The position numbers were made by a program, and so were the translations under genes. A stretch of 63,437 nt of DNA, filler included, from Ministeria vibrans ATCC 50519 (Eukaryota; Protista; Filasterea), in NCBI GenBank assembly GCA_943704425.1. It is 4 parts of 4 records of this genome, joined end to end, with 100 filler letters (N's around TTAATTAATTAA, not from the genome) between each part and the next. Parts side by side here need not be neighbours in the genome. Positions count along the whole stretch, not along the records: positions 28,158 to 50,368 come from CALSCP010000218.1; positions 50,469 to 54,016 come from CALSCP010002217.1; positions 54,117 to 63,437 come from CALSCP010001405.1; 1 more part is not named here. The stretch is one strand, 5' to 3'. Positions 44,681 through 58,100 of the stretch are shown here, piece by piece; position 1 is the first letter of the stretch; every line of letters starts with the position of its first letter. The notes under the pieces were generated by a model. It had not been told where the DNA came from. It worked only from the letters and a program-made list of their open reading frames with translations, and ran no database searches.

Positions 44681-47077
44681 ATGAGTTCTGCGGAAAACGA
44701 CGAGGTTGCAGCGGCGCAGGCCCGTGCCACGGCCCAAGGTGATTTGGTTCGCCAACTGAAATCAAACAAAGAAACGCCCGCCGAAGAGGTACCGTCACCG
44801 TCCACGTGTGCTGCGCTGCGCGGCCGACATCTTGCCCCCTCCCTGTCGTCCCCCGTCAAAACAGCGTGTATTTGCAGCTCCACGTGAAACTATTGCTCAT
44901 CTTTTTTTTTCTCTCTCCCTTTCTGTGCTACAGTTGACGGCCGCCATTGCTCAACTGAAGGAGCTGAAGGCCGCTGTGCAGGCACTCACTGGCGAGGCTG
45001 CGCCAGCCAAGCAGAGCGGCGCAGGGGGCAACAAGAAGAAGGGGAAGCAAGCAGCCAAGGCGGACGAGGGCTCCTCCAGCACCACTGGGCTCAAGACTCC
45101 CAAGGTATGCATGCCTCTCTTCATCCACCCCTCCCCACCTTGCTTTTCCTTTTCCTTTTTTTCTTTTTTTTTTCTTTTTTCACTAACTTTTTTTGGGGGT
45201 TTCAGGGAATGCGTGATTACAGTCCCAAGGAGATGGAGGTGCGCGAGCGTGTGTTTGACATTGTCACCAGTGTCTACAAGCGCCATGGAGCAGTTACCAT
45301 CGCGACGCCGGTTATGGAAATCAAGGTGAGACACGATTGTGCAATGTGATTTTCTGACTGGTCTGCTGTGGCTGTAGGAAACGCTCATGGGCAAATATGG
45401 CGAAGACACCAAACTCATTTACGAAGTCAACGACCAGGGCGGCGAGTTGCTTGCTTTACGTTATGATCTGACCGTTCCGTTTGCCCGCTACGTTGCAATG
45501 AACGGCATTGAGCAAATCAAGCGCTACCACATTGCTCGTGTCTACAGGTACACATTTGTCTTTGTTTCTTTCTTCCTCCTCTTGTGACTTTATTTCTTTC
45601 TCTTCTTTTTCAAATGATGATCATCTGAGATCCATTATCTGAGTGACTTCACTGAAGACAAAAACAGACTGATACCCTGATGAAAAATAGAAGAAACCAC
45701 CAATAACTTTTCTCCCCGTTTCACTACTCTTTTATTTTTTTGCTCACGCCTCCGTTCCTGTTTTGTAGACGTGACCAACCAAGCATGACGCGTGGGCGAT
45801 ACCGCGAATTCTTTCAGTGCGACTTTGACATTGCTGGACAGTACGTCGCAATGGTGCCCGACGCAGAGTGTGTCAAGACAGTGACGGAGATTCTCGATGA
45901 AGTCGACGTCGGCAAGTACACAGTCAAGCTCAACCACCGCTCTCTGCTCGATGGAATCTTTGCCGTCTGCGGTGTGCCAACCGATCGCTTCCGTCCCATC
46001 TGCTCGGCCGTCGACAAACTCGACAAGGTAGGGAACAAGTGTCGCGTCGTCTTTGTTGACCTGACAACACTATTTCAATTGTGCTTCAGATGTCGTGGGA
46101 AGAGGTGCGCAAGGAAATGGTTGTCGACAAGGGACTGGCCGAGGAGGCGGCAGACCGCATTGGCACATATGTGCTGCGTAGCGGCGGACGCGAGTTTGTT
46201 GACGAGCTCATGGCCGACGAAGTGCTTGTGGCCAACAGCGATGCCAAGAAGGGTCTGCAGGACATGGCACTACTTCTCGAGTACTGCGATGTCTTTGGCA
46301 TTGCCGACAAGGTGCGCTTTGACCTGTCGCTCGCCCGTGGCCTCGACTACTACACCGGATGCATTATGGAGGCGGTTCTCGAAGGTGCCGATGTAGGCTC
46401 CGTTGCTGGCGGCGGCCGCTACGACGGTCTCGTTGGCTCTCTCAAAAAGAAGGTATTTTTTGTTGTTGTTGTAGTTGTTGCCTGCATCGCAAAAAAAAAA
46501 TCATTTCCCTATGGTGTTTTTTTTTTTGTTTCTCTCAGGGCAAACCTGTACCGTGCGTTGGTGTCAGTATCGGCATCGAGCGTCTTTTTGCCATTATGGA
46601 GCGTCGAATGCTCACAGGCGAGCCTCCTGTCCAGACGCAGGTCTATGTTGCTTCAGCCGGCCCCCGTACGCACATACGCACCACTCCTAACTGTGCATCA
46701 CACCTACTCACCGATATACAACTCTCCTGTATTTCTGCTAGGTATGCTGAAGGAACGTCTTCGTCTCTCCTCGGAGCTGTGGTCGGCCAAGATTAAGACG
46801 GAAATGCCGTACAAGAAGGACCCTAAGCCACTGGATCAGTTTCAGGTATGCAATGTGATTCATCCTCCCTCTCCTTCATTTTCCCTACGACACATCTCAA
46901 CCTTTGTACTTTTTTTAGTATTGCGAGAAGAACAACATTCCTCTGTGCGTCATCATTGGCGGCGAAGAGTTGGAGCGAGGGATTGTCAAGATCAAGGACA
47001 TGCGCACCACCGAGCGCACCGAGACGGAAGTGCTTCGGAGCGACCTGGTGACACAGCTGCGCACTATGCTCGCCTGA
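44681..47077 (+). CDS. HARS1: Histidyl-tRNA synthetase with N-terminal WHEP domain, multi-exon
   Basis: QGDLVRQLK (WHEP), LKTPK|[64 protein letters not shown]. Confidence 0.96.
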
Positions 47078-47208
47078 TGACCCCCTCACTCACTCCGATT
47101 GTATTATTATTATGAGTGCAAGCTGTTGTTCAATTCCACTGTGTATAATTATACTGGATTGTGATGTTTGCCTTGAGTCCATATACCGGCGTTTCGCTTC
47201 ATTCGTTT

Positions 47209-49977
47209 TTAAACTCGCTCATACACATAGAGATAGGCTAGGTCGAGCGGAGGGGCGCGTGACACTTCGACTTTCTCGTCGTTGAACAGAATCCAGCGAT
47301 CGCTTCCGTCTTGGGCCGTTGTGCGCACATGGCACACGTAGTGGCCCACCAGTGTTGATTTGCCCATGTGCGAAATGAGTGCTCGCAGTCGATAGAGACC
47401 CTTGCCGTCGTCACACCCTGCGGCGTCTCCGCCGGCGACATCAGCGTTGTCGTTCGTGTTATTGTCGTCGTCGTCGTCGTTGGCATCGTCGGGTTCGTCC
47501 ATGTGACTGAAGATCCAGTCGACGGCACGCTCTGCGTTGTTTCCCGTCGACTTAAGCGCCTTGATGGCACGTACACGGGGGAACCCCAAAGCACAAATCT
47601 GTTCAATGAGTGGCTCGGGAATAGCACCACTGGCGGGCGCGGCGCTGCCAGGAACGACAAACGGATCTGCAAAATCTGCGTCGCCCATGTGCTCCATGAC
47701 CCACTGCATGGCCGCCTCGACGCCACCACCCGACGTGCGCGTCGCATACACTGCACGCTTGCAGCCCTCCTCGGCGAATCCCATGGAAGCAAGTTGCGCG
47801 ACAGCAGCTTCGTCCATCACAAAGGCAGTCGCCGCCTCGGCCGCTCCGGCACCCTCTTCGTTCTCGGGCAACTCCGTCTCGCCCTCAACAAGGCCTGTTC
47901 CTCGCAAGTTCTCCAAATCAAGTTCGAGTGGCATGTCGACACTCACATCAAGTTTGCGCGGCGTCCAGTCTTCGGCGACATAAAAGCGACGCAGCTGGAG
48001 AACCAGGACGCGAGGCATCGTCGCGAGACGAGTGGTCTTGAGTGCACTCGTTCGACCCTTGATGGCACTCGAGTAGAAGTCGGGCACAGTCTCGGTGGCC
48101 GCGAGGGCCGCCAGACACGCCGTGTGGGGCACCTTGGGAATGACAGGCTCGTCATTTTGCGTGTGCGTCTGCGTCGACGTCATTGCCTTTTTGGCCTCCT
48201 CGTACTCGCGCACCTCCACCAGATTGGTGGCAGCCTCCATGGGAATGGGCACGGCAAGTATGTTGTCGGTGTGATGGGCGTAGCGAACTGCGTGCGATGT
48301 CGCGCATTCGACGCGCTCCTCGACGGTGTAGGCGTACGCTTGGGCAGGGTTAGGCAAGGCACTGCGCACGCGATGCTCTTCGCGCTCAATCAACGTCAGC
48401 AAATGCTGATAAAACTCGGCGGCGTCCTGTTGTTTCACCGTGCTAAACTCGGGGTGGCCCTTGCCCACAAGTGTCTTGAACATGCGCGGTCGAATGCCAA
48501 GCTGGCTGGTGGTGTCGGCCTCGCCACGAGCGACAGCCACCGGCGACGGCACAGAGTACTCGCCCGACACCAGTGCCTCGCCGAGTTTGCTCATTTGCAC
48601 GGTGAAGTCATTGGCACCCTGCAGCGGGTCGGCGTGCGCACGAATGTCGCGCGCCGCATCGCCACAGTAGCGCGCACGCATTGGCTCCGAGGCGAACAGC
48701 GCTTGCACCACCGAATTAAGGTAGCACGAGTTGCCAAGGTTGTCAACGCCCGTCAGACCGGGTCCGCGAGCCGCCTCGAGTTTCGAGCCACTCTCGGTGA
48801 GACGACTCCACTCGTAGCGAGTGTTCGCCTCGAGATCCAGCTCGGCCATGGTCTTCTCTGTCTTCACCTGAGACGCCACATTGATGCCCCAATGTTCGAG
48901 GTACTGAGCCAGGCGTGGTACTAGCACCATGTCGTCTTCGTCGTAGGAGTACACGTCGGCCGTGCCCTCCGCCGTGATGGTGCCCAGCTTCACAGCGAGT
49001 GGGTATTTGGTGTCGTTGTAGAAGTCAAGCGCATGCCCATTACCACCGCTGCCATCGGCGTACTTGCGACCACACAGCAGCGTGCCGTCCGTCAGGTTCA
49101 GCCAGAGGTTCTGCGTCAGCTCACATCGGCTGCACTTGAGCCCCGTCGGCGGTACCTTGACTCCATTGTCCAGCTGCTTCAGAGTTTCCGCGTGCTTGCT
49201 CACCTTCAGCGGCTCCGCAACCCAGCTCGCAAGCGCATCACTCTTGCTTGCCGAGTCGGCCTGCATCACGCCGTCGATGGCACGGCGGAGCGCACCAGGC
49301 AACAGGTCCGAGGGCAATGCGACACGTACACCCGTACCGTGCACCACAAGTGCATTGTGATCATCGTACTCGACCGGCTTGGCGTCGGCAGCAAAGCCAC
49401 CCTCGACACCAATGCCTAAGACAGTGGGTGCTGGCGCCGTTGTCGTTGACTCTTGGATGGCGGCCGCGGCTGCGTCGTTGTCATCGTCGCTCTTAGCAAG
49501 ACGCACTTCGCGACGCAAGTGGAGAAAGACGCGTGAGCCGGTGCGCTCCACGTACCAGTCGAGCGACGCTGCCGACAGCCCAATGAAATGTTCGAGGCAG
49601 ACGTAGATGCCGTCGCGATGGTCGGGCGAGGCAAACGAGAGCAGGCCTTCGTCTTTGAAGACGCGGTCGGCCGCCGACGGAACACGCACCTTGGCGGTGT
49701 ACGGTGCAAGCTGTGCGGCAAGACTCACGGCGGCCGGGTCGTCCGAGTCTGCATACGCGGTGGCAGACGACGCGTCGCCCGGCTGGTCTTTCGCGTCGTC
49801 GTCGTCGTCGACCATGGGCGCGTCAATGTCGGCGTCGTCCATGTGCTCAAACAGCCACGTCGCCGCGGCGTCTGCGTTGCTATTGCCCGTGGCACGCAGC
49901 GCCTTTTCGCAGCGGACCGACGGAAACCCCATCGCAGTGAGTTGCGACAGCAAATGTGTATCGGCAGCAAAAGGCAT
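47209..49977 (-). CDS. USP5: Isopeptidase T (USP5/USP13/Ubp14) with an extra N-terminal UBA, intronless
   Basis: ZnF-UBP NLWLNLTDG..CGR..GGNGHA..YPLAVKLGTIT..DVYSYDED; NLGNSCYLNS; QQDAAEF; two internal UBAs; ISHMGKS..GHYVCH. Confidence 0.93.
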   Translation of the reverse strand: MPFAADTHLLSQLTAMGFPSVRCEKALRATGNSNADAAATWLFEHMDDADIDAPMVDDDDDAKDQPGDASSATAYADSDDPAAVSLAAQLAPYTAKVRVPSAADRVFKDEGLLSFASPDHRDGIYVCLEHFIGLSAASLDWYVERTGSRVFLHLRREVRLAKSDDDNDAAAAAIQESTTTAPAPTVLGIGVEGGFAADAKPVEYDDHNALVVHGTGVRVALPSDLLPGALRRAIDGVMQADSASKSDALASWVAEPLKVSKHAETLKQLDNGVKVPPTGLKCSRCELTQNLWLNLTDGTLLCGRKYADGSGGNGHALDFYNDTKYPLAVKLGTITAEGTADVYSYDEDDMVLVPRLAQYLEHWGINVASQVKTEKTMAELDLEANTRYEWSRLTESGSKLEAARGPGLTGVDNLGNSCYLNSVVQALFASEPMRARYCGDAARDIRAHADPLQGANDFTVQMSKLGEALVSGEYSVPSPVAVARGEADTTSQLGIRPRMFKTLVGKGHPEFSTVKQQDAAEFYQHLLTLIEREEHRVRSALPNPAQAYAYTVEERVECATSHAVRYAHHTDNILAVPIPMEAATNLVEVREYEEAKKAMTSTQTHTQNDEPVIPKVPHTACLAALAATETVPDFYSSAIKGRTSALKTTRLATMPRVLVLQLRRFYVAEDWTPRKLDVSVDMPLELDLENLRGTGLVEGETELPENEEGAGAAEAATAFVMDEAAVAQLASMGFAEEGCKRAVYATRTSGGGVEAAMQWVMEHMGDADFADPFVVPGSAAPASGAIPEPLIEQICALGFPRVRAIKALKSTGNNAERAVDWIFSHMDEPDDANDDDDDNNTNDNADVAGGDAAGCDDGKGLYRLRALISHMGKSTLVGHYVCHVRTTAQDGSDRWILFNDEKVEVSRAPPLDLAYLYVYERV

Positions 49978-50368
49978 TCTCAATCGTTTGGTCGGCGTGG
50001 GGGGAACTGGCGAGGCAGAGCGTTTCCGACTGTGGTCGCTAATCTTGGCGTTCAACAAATGAAACGAAAGGCGAGTCGCCGCGAGCGAGTAAAGAAAGAA
50101 AGATTGAAGAAAAAAAATGAATCGTTCGTGATTGATCTCTCATCAAAAGAGTATGTGTATGGTCTGTACAATTGATTTTCGTATGCTTGTACTTCAGGAT
50201 GTACTACTGGGAGTCGACGACAGAGGGTCTCCTTTGGCGTTTGTCTATGATACATTCGAGAGGAGTGCGCGTCTGTTGACGATGCACACCATAGACGCCG
50301 TGGCTGCGTCAGGTGCGCAGCGCCATTGGACACGAACCCCAAGCGACCGCCTCACCCCACGCCCCCCC

Positions 50369-50468
50369 NNNNNNNNNNNNNNNNNNNNNNNNNNNNNNNN
50401 NNNNNNNNNNNNTTAATTAATTAANNNNNNNNNNNNNNNNNNNNNNNNNNNNNNNNNNNNNNNNNNNN
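50369..50468. other. Artificial scaffold linker
   Basis: N44-TTAATTAATTAA-N44. Confidence 0.95.
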
Positions 50469-50728
50469 CGGGCACACAGGGCGCTGCAGGGCAAGCTTTT
50501 TGCGCAAAAGAAGGTGAATGCAAGCGGTGCGCAAGCGGTGTGGGGCACTAACCGCCGTACCTGCTGTCCATAAGTGGCGACAATGTAGCACGTTCCGTCG
50601 CCGTGTAGGAGAGCAAGCAGCGGAAGCGAGCCAGGACTCAACACGGCCGTTTCGACTCGCGAAGCGCACACTGCGCCTGCAGCAAAGCGTCCAAAGCGCA
50701 CTGGCAGGGCCACGGTTGAGCCAGACAT
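50469..50728 (-). CDS. 5' fragment of an unidentified gene, truncated at the scaffold end
   Basis: ATG at 50728 (MSGSTVALPVRFGRF...). The GC-rich frame stays open to the gap and follows an AT-rich intergenic region divergent from GALT. Confidence 0.4.
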
Positions 50729-51032
50729 AGCACAATTTGATTGATGAATCGTATTTGACTTTGGTTTGTGCTCCATTTTCTTGTAAATAAACCTTGATTC
50801 TACTAGTCGAGCAGTCAGCATTATATTTATGTATAAATTGACCATGTTATATGTATTACTCTTCATTCATGATTCATCGTTGTATTATACTTATTTTCAT
50901 CATCGATTCTCTATTTATTTTTCTTACTTGAGTTAGTTGAGCAAACTAACACTATATCGCTGATCACTGATCACTCCATTAATCATTATAATTGTTTGCT
51001 TTTTGGTCTGCTGTGGCACTTGTAATTGTACT

Positions 51033-52454
<1,422 letters not shown>

Positions 52455-52472
52455 ATTTATTGAACGTGTGTG

Positions 52473-53587
52473 TCACTCAGTTGCGATTGTGGATGTTTCT
52501 GGAGAGGCGATTTGAGGCGAGGAGAGAACGAGGTCACACAACACGGCGTAATGGTCGGAGAGCAGCCAAAAGGGCTGGTCGTCGACAAGGAAGGGTTCGA
52601 GGCGCACACGCACACACTCGACACGCGTGCTCCATGCGCGCAGGTCGATCAGCAGGTAATCAAGTCGTTTGCCGTCCAACACGGTTTGAGGGTGCTTCCC
52701 GCCGAGAGCGTCAGCCAAAACGTCGCGAAAGCCGGAAAAAATGCTCATCATGGCTATGTACTACAAAAAAAATCAAGGGACGTTTTGTCGCAAACCAAAC
52801 CATTTTGACCATGAACTCACCCTACCTCTGGGTGTGGTTCGGTGCCTGTGTCGACATCGGCATCGTCAATGCACCCAGAGCGTGCAATGACGTTGAAGTC
52901 TCCGGCAAGCACAATGGGGTAGGAGTCGTGGCGCGTCTGCTCTTGCACAAAGAGAGCCATTTGCCGCATTTGCCGCTCGCGGATCTCGTGACAGCGGTCG
53001 TGTGCTTGCAGGTGTGTGTTGAATACATGCAGTTTAAGAACGTCGCCGTGGCTGTCGGTGAGCTCGGTGGGCACCAGCGAGTGGGTGACACCTTTCGCGA
53101 CGATGTACTCGATTTCTTTGTGTTCGCAATCGTCAAAGACTATTCGCGCCGCCTGTCTGCTCTTGGCAGGAAAGCGGCTGTGAATTGAGGCGCCCCCGTC
53201 GATGATTTTGGGTGGGAGACTAAGGAGACGTGTGGCAAGACGCGAGCATTTGCGATAGCCGAACTTGGCGAGACGACGGTCGAAAACGCCCCGAAAATAC
53301 AAGAACAATTCTTGAGCACACAAAATGTCGACATCCAGGTCCGCAAGACGTTCTGCAATGAGAGGCAGACGCTTCCACTTGAAATCACAGAAGTTTAGTG
53401 ACGGAGCGCCTCGTCCTTCGCGCATGTATTCGGGCGAAGTTGACGAGTTCCAGAAGGGACGGCAAAACACGTTGTAGGTGCACAGGCGCACTTTAGTTGT
53501 GTCTTGTGGTCTCAACGGTGTAGTAAGAGGTGCGCCTTCGTCTGTTTCTTCATCGCCAGTGAAGGGGTTCTTATGGGGGAAACACAT
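52473..53587 (-). CDS. Endonuclease/exonuclease/phosphatase-family protein, neutral sphingomyelinase-like
   Basis: TYNV, DILCAQELF, DGG..SRFP, AKGV, FNTHLQA, LAGDFN, RLDY, LSDHYAV. Confidence 0.85.
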
Positions 53588-54016
53588 GCGGAAAAAATTA
53601 CAAAAAATTGAAAAATTAAAATTATTATTATTATTATTATTATTATTATAGTTATTAATTACTCGTACTCTTTATCATTATGATTGTCATTATTGATAAA
53701 ATAAATCATTTGGAATGTCGACAATTGTGCGCGAACTTGTACAGCATCTGTACATGTCTACGACGTGTGTCTAATTCAGCTTCCAACCGAGTTCTCTTGA
53801 CTCGATTCGCGTCAAAGTGAGTGACAACAAATGTGAAGAAGCATCAGCTCAAGAACAACAAGACAGTAGCAACAAGACAATAGTAATACAAAATGAAGGA
53901 GTTTTCGTTCTCTTTGTGTGGGCATGTGGTGGTGTTAAAAAACACCAGGTTGGTTTGTTGTGAAGCTGATGGAGCAGTTGCTGGGAAATCAAAGAACTTG
54001 ATTTACGCGCGCTCAC

Positions 54017-54116
54017 NNNNNNNNNNNNNNNNNNNNNNNNNNNNNNNNNNNNNNNNNNNNTTAATTAATTAANNNNNNNNNNNNNNNNNNNNNNNNNNNN
54101 NNNNNNNNNNNNNNNN
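54017..54116. other. Artificial scaffold linker
   Basis: N44-TTAATTAATTAA-N44. Confidence 0.95.
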
Positions 54117-54203
<87 letters not shown>

Positions 54204-54310
54204 TTGTTTCTTTCTTTCTATCTTCTTTCTCACTTTCTTTCTCTTCTTCTTCTACTTCTCTCTCTCTCTCTCACACACACGCACTTGATACTTTGCGTCT
54301 CCCTTCTTAC

Positions 54311-54975
54311 TCCATCAATCAGAGGCACTCCAACACGTCGACATAACACTCCAAACTGTGCAGTCAAGTCAGCAACTCTCATGTCCGCCCAAAGTGCCTA
54401 AGTGCAGCCCAAAAAGAAGAAGAAGAAGAAGAAGAAGAAGAAGAAGAAGAAGGAGAAGAAGGAGAAGAAGTCAGTCAGTGAGTGTGAGAGTGTCAACAAC
54501 GGAAAGGATTCAATACCAACTCCAGACCACCAGCGACAGAATAGCCTGATATTGCAGCCACCACAGGCTTACTCAAGTTCAGTCGCGTGGGGCCCATGGG
54601 TCCACGCTGCACGTCGTCGGCCGGCTGAAGGTCATTGTCGAATGATTGCAAATCAGCGCCAGCGCAAAAATCACCCCCATCACCAAACAAGACGGCGACG
54701 CTGCTGTTTGGAGACGCTTCAAACTCAAGGAAAGCCTTGGTGAGCGCGCGTGCCGTCGCTTGATTCACGGCATTCCGTCGTCGCGGACGACAGAAGCGGA
54801 TCAGAGACACCGGTCCGATTTGCTCTGACGAGACGGTGGCCACATCGTTTTCTGTTGCGTACACCACAGGCGCTGATCTCTGGTAATCACATGTTCCTGT
54901 CGAAGATGATGATGACGACGACGACGACGAGGAGGTTAAGTGACGTCTGAGGAGAGAGAGACGACGAAGCGACAT
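54311..54975 (-). CDS. Enoyl-CoA hydratase/crotonase with a mitochondrial-type presequence, 3'-truncated
   Basis: MSLRRLSLLRRHL..; RPRRRNAVN; FCAGADL; GPMGPTR..KPVVAAISGYSVAGGLEL|ALWADMRVA..FGVLCRRVGVPLIDG. Confidence 0.9.
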
Positions 54976-55147
54976 ACAACGAATATCAACTGATGAACTT
55001 GACAAAATAAGAGTGTAAAACTGAAACTTTGGATTATTATAATAATTATTATGATAAAATGAGTCGATCCAAAATATTTTTTATTTAGCAATCCTGTTTC
55101 AGACTTTCAGTTTCTTTGTTCACTTGCTCTTCACTCTGGCCTGGGCG

Positions 55148-58100
55148 ATGACCATATCGCTGTTCCTGCCCGAAGGCGGCGACCCCATTCTCTTCCCCAC
55201 GCCAAAGTTCGTCAAACTTTCCGCTCTCCAGCCCCGTCTGAATGCGCTGTTGGTGTCGCTTCGCGCCCGCAACGGGGGCTTTGAGTACCCGCCCCTCGAG
55301 GATGGTCGCTTTGGCATCGAAGGTGACGATTTGCCCGCCGGCGCTTACGATATTGTGACGGCACGTCTCTCTCATTCCAACTCCAACAACGTGTCGACGA
55401 CGCCCGGTCTGCCGCTCCTCCTCCCAGTGTCGACCATGGACATCTCGCGCGCCTTTGTTGCCACACGCGCCATTGTCACCGAGCCTCGTCACAGTCTGTC
55501 CGACGCGCAAAGTCTCGCGAATCTTCTCGACGACTATGCCGACTTTGGCGCCGTTGCCTTGTCCGTGCCCGACGCCGTCGTGCGCCTTCTCGTCACCGTC
55601 TCCCCCGAAGTTGTCACCGTGGCCATCGATGCGTCGCGTCTCACCCGCCAACTCCTTGCCCCGAGCGCCCCTCCCGCCCCGTACAAGTCGGGTCGACTCC
55701 ACGCACTCGCGTTGGAAATTTCCCAAACCATTCCCATTCAGACCCTCCTGCAGCTTTGTACGGACTCCCATCTTCTCGACAACCACGCCTGCTACGACCT
55801 CATCAGTGACCATCAGTCGTCCATCGCAAAGGACCGCGTCCAAAGCGCCGACACCAAACAGCCCCCTTCGTCGACAGGAGACTTGCCATCGGCCGTCTCA
55901 AGCATCACTCCAACCTCTTCAGGCTCAAGTTCGCGTGGTTTTGGTGCACGCGCAGTCGCTGCATTTCGCTCCGTGATTCACCACGAGTCATCATCACCAT
56001 CATCATCATCATCATCGACGTCGGCAGCGCCCACCGGCTCATCTCAAAGTCATGGCTCAGGTGCGGCTGCTTCTTCCGCCGCCACCACCGCCGCGCCATC
56101 GTCCCCGACTCATTTGGTCGCTGACGACATCCATGAGAACACACATCGCAGGCTTTTGTTTACAGGCATATCGTTGAGTGGCATGGTTGCGCACACGGCG
56201 GCACTGCTGGCTCGCGACGCCGCTCAGTCGCGTGACATTACCGTTCGCTGCGTCACATTTGGCGCACCCTTCTTTGCCTCGTCCGAAATCGGTGCGCACG
56301 TCGACACAGCATGTGACACGTCTGCCGACGCCCACGTCAACGTGTGCCACCGTGACGACGCAGCTATTGCCGCCATCAATTTGTGCATGCGCGCCCACCA
56401 TGCCCAGCTCGTCAGTGGCGACACCAGCTTTAACGTTGCCCAACTTGCCGATGCCGTCACTACCCTCATTGGCGACGCTTCTGATGCCTCTCTGGCACGT
56501 GCCTTTGATATGTATACCCAAATGCGCCCCGAAGCGCTTCGTCTTATCGAGACCAATTTGCCGTCGGATGCCGGTGCTCACTCGCCCGTCGGCTGGTTCT
56601 CCTTTCGCTCCCACGACTCCGACCCGTCCGACAGCGACACCGTTTCCTCGACCACAGCAACCAACGCGACTCTCACAACCCTTGCTACAAGCTCCGCCAC
56701 CAATGTCATTTCGACCACAGCGGCAGCAGCATTAGCACACACTGCCAACGTCGGCGCCCACTCTGTCCCGACCATGGCCACAGCCACCAGCCCACCTCCC
56801 GCCTTGCTTTCCAACAATGCTCCTATCAACCTGGTGCTTGAAGACGACTGCGAGCGTATGATTGAGTCGGTGGCCATTCTCAAGCGCAACCTTCGGCGTC
56901 ACCGTACTCTTGCTTGGTCTCCAGAACTCTGCCAGAAAATCAGCTGGCGCTACTCGTGCGAAGTGTCCCCTTTACAGCTGCTCACTCGGCCGCGCATTGA
57001 CCGAGTCGAAATTGTCCAGACGCCTGTCCGTGCCGACGTGGTCGTCACCGGCTTGGGCCTCGAACCACTGTTACGTCGTGCCGACGAGCCGGCGTCGCTG
57101 ATTCTCGACGAGACCGCCTTTGATCTGACCGATGGAAATGTGATCCTTGTGAGTCGTGCCACCACCACCGACGTGCGTTTTAGTGTGCTCGGCTGTCGCT
57201 ACCTGAGCGAGGGTACCGTTCAGGTGCGCACCCTCTTTGGCGAGACCCCTTTGTTCACCGTCGCCCCAAAGCAAGTGCGCTTTGTCGACGATGTCTCACC
57301 CTCGGCCATGATGCACGCACGCGTCGACGCCGAACTGTTACGCACCGTCTTTCTGCGCGGTCTCATCTCTCTCAGCTGTGTGCAACAGCGACAACAACAG
57401 AGAAACATCACCGGCCTGAATCTTTCCTCTGCTTTGCCTCGCTCGTCGCTGTCGTCACCTTCGCCCACTTCGTCCCCGTCCGTCTCCCGCAACACAAGCT
57501 GCAACTCGAATGCCGCCTGGCTTGCCTCTCACGAACTCCTCGCACTTTTGTGTGACCTCGAACAACACTTGTGCGGCAAAACCCAGCTTCGAGCACACCT
57601 CGATGATTTTGCGGCGCGCTGTGCCGCCTCGGACGACCCCGACGTCGCGGCCACCAGCAGCACGCACCTCATCAAGCCCGCAAATCGGATCATCACAAGC
57701 ATTGTCGCGCGTCTCACCGAACCTTTGGTCATTGAGTACCATTCTACGGTGGGACGCGCACTTCGCAAAATCTTTGGAGGTCTCGGTGTGGTGACTGGCT
57801 CGGTGCTATCCATTGTGGGCGCACTTGCCCTCTTGCCGGGCTTCTTCCTCATGAGTCCCGGCTTGCGGCAGATTATGCGGCGCAACGGTGACAGTACCGA
57901 CGAGAATGGTGCATCCTTCTCCATGAGCACCGGTGCAGGCCTGCTCTTTTTGCCGGGTGCTATTGCGTCGTTGCCGGGCGCCGCTGTGTTGGGCGCCGGC
58001 ATGATGATTGTGTCGGCGAGTCGGCGTGGTCTCACCGATCGCACGACGCAGCAGTACTCGCAAATTCTGCGACTGCTCATCACCATGCTGGGAGGCGATC

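Noticed and set aside
47368-48924. 518-aa plus-strand ORF and similar long antisense ORFs (20923-21750, 57529-58302, 12681-13427)
   Set aside because: They are shadows of GC-rich coding sequence on the opposite strand and carry no recognisable motifs.
50059-50368. Possible gene start upstream of USP5, with apparent splice signals
   Set aside because: I could not build a consistent open spliced frame, and the region is truncated by the linker.
53755-54016. Possible first exon (MKEFSFSLCGHVVVLKNT) at the scaffold end
   Set aside because: Too short and without any recognisable motif.
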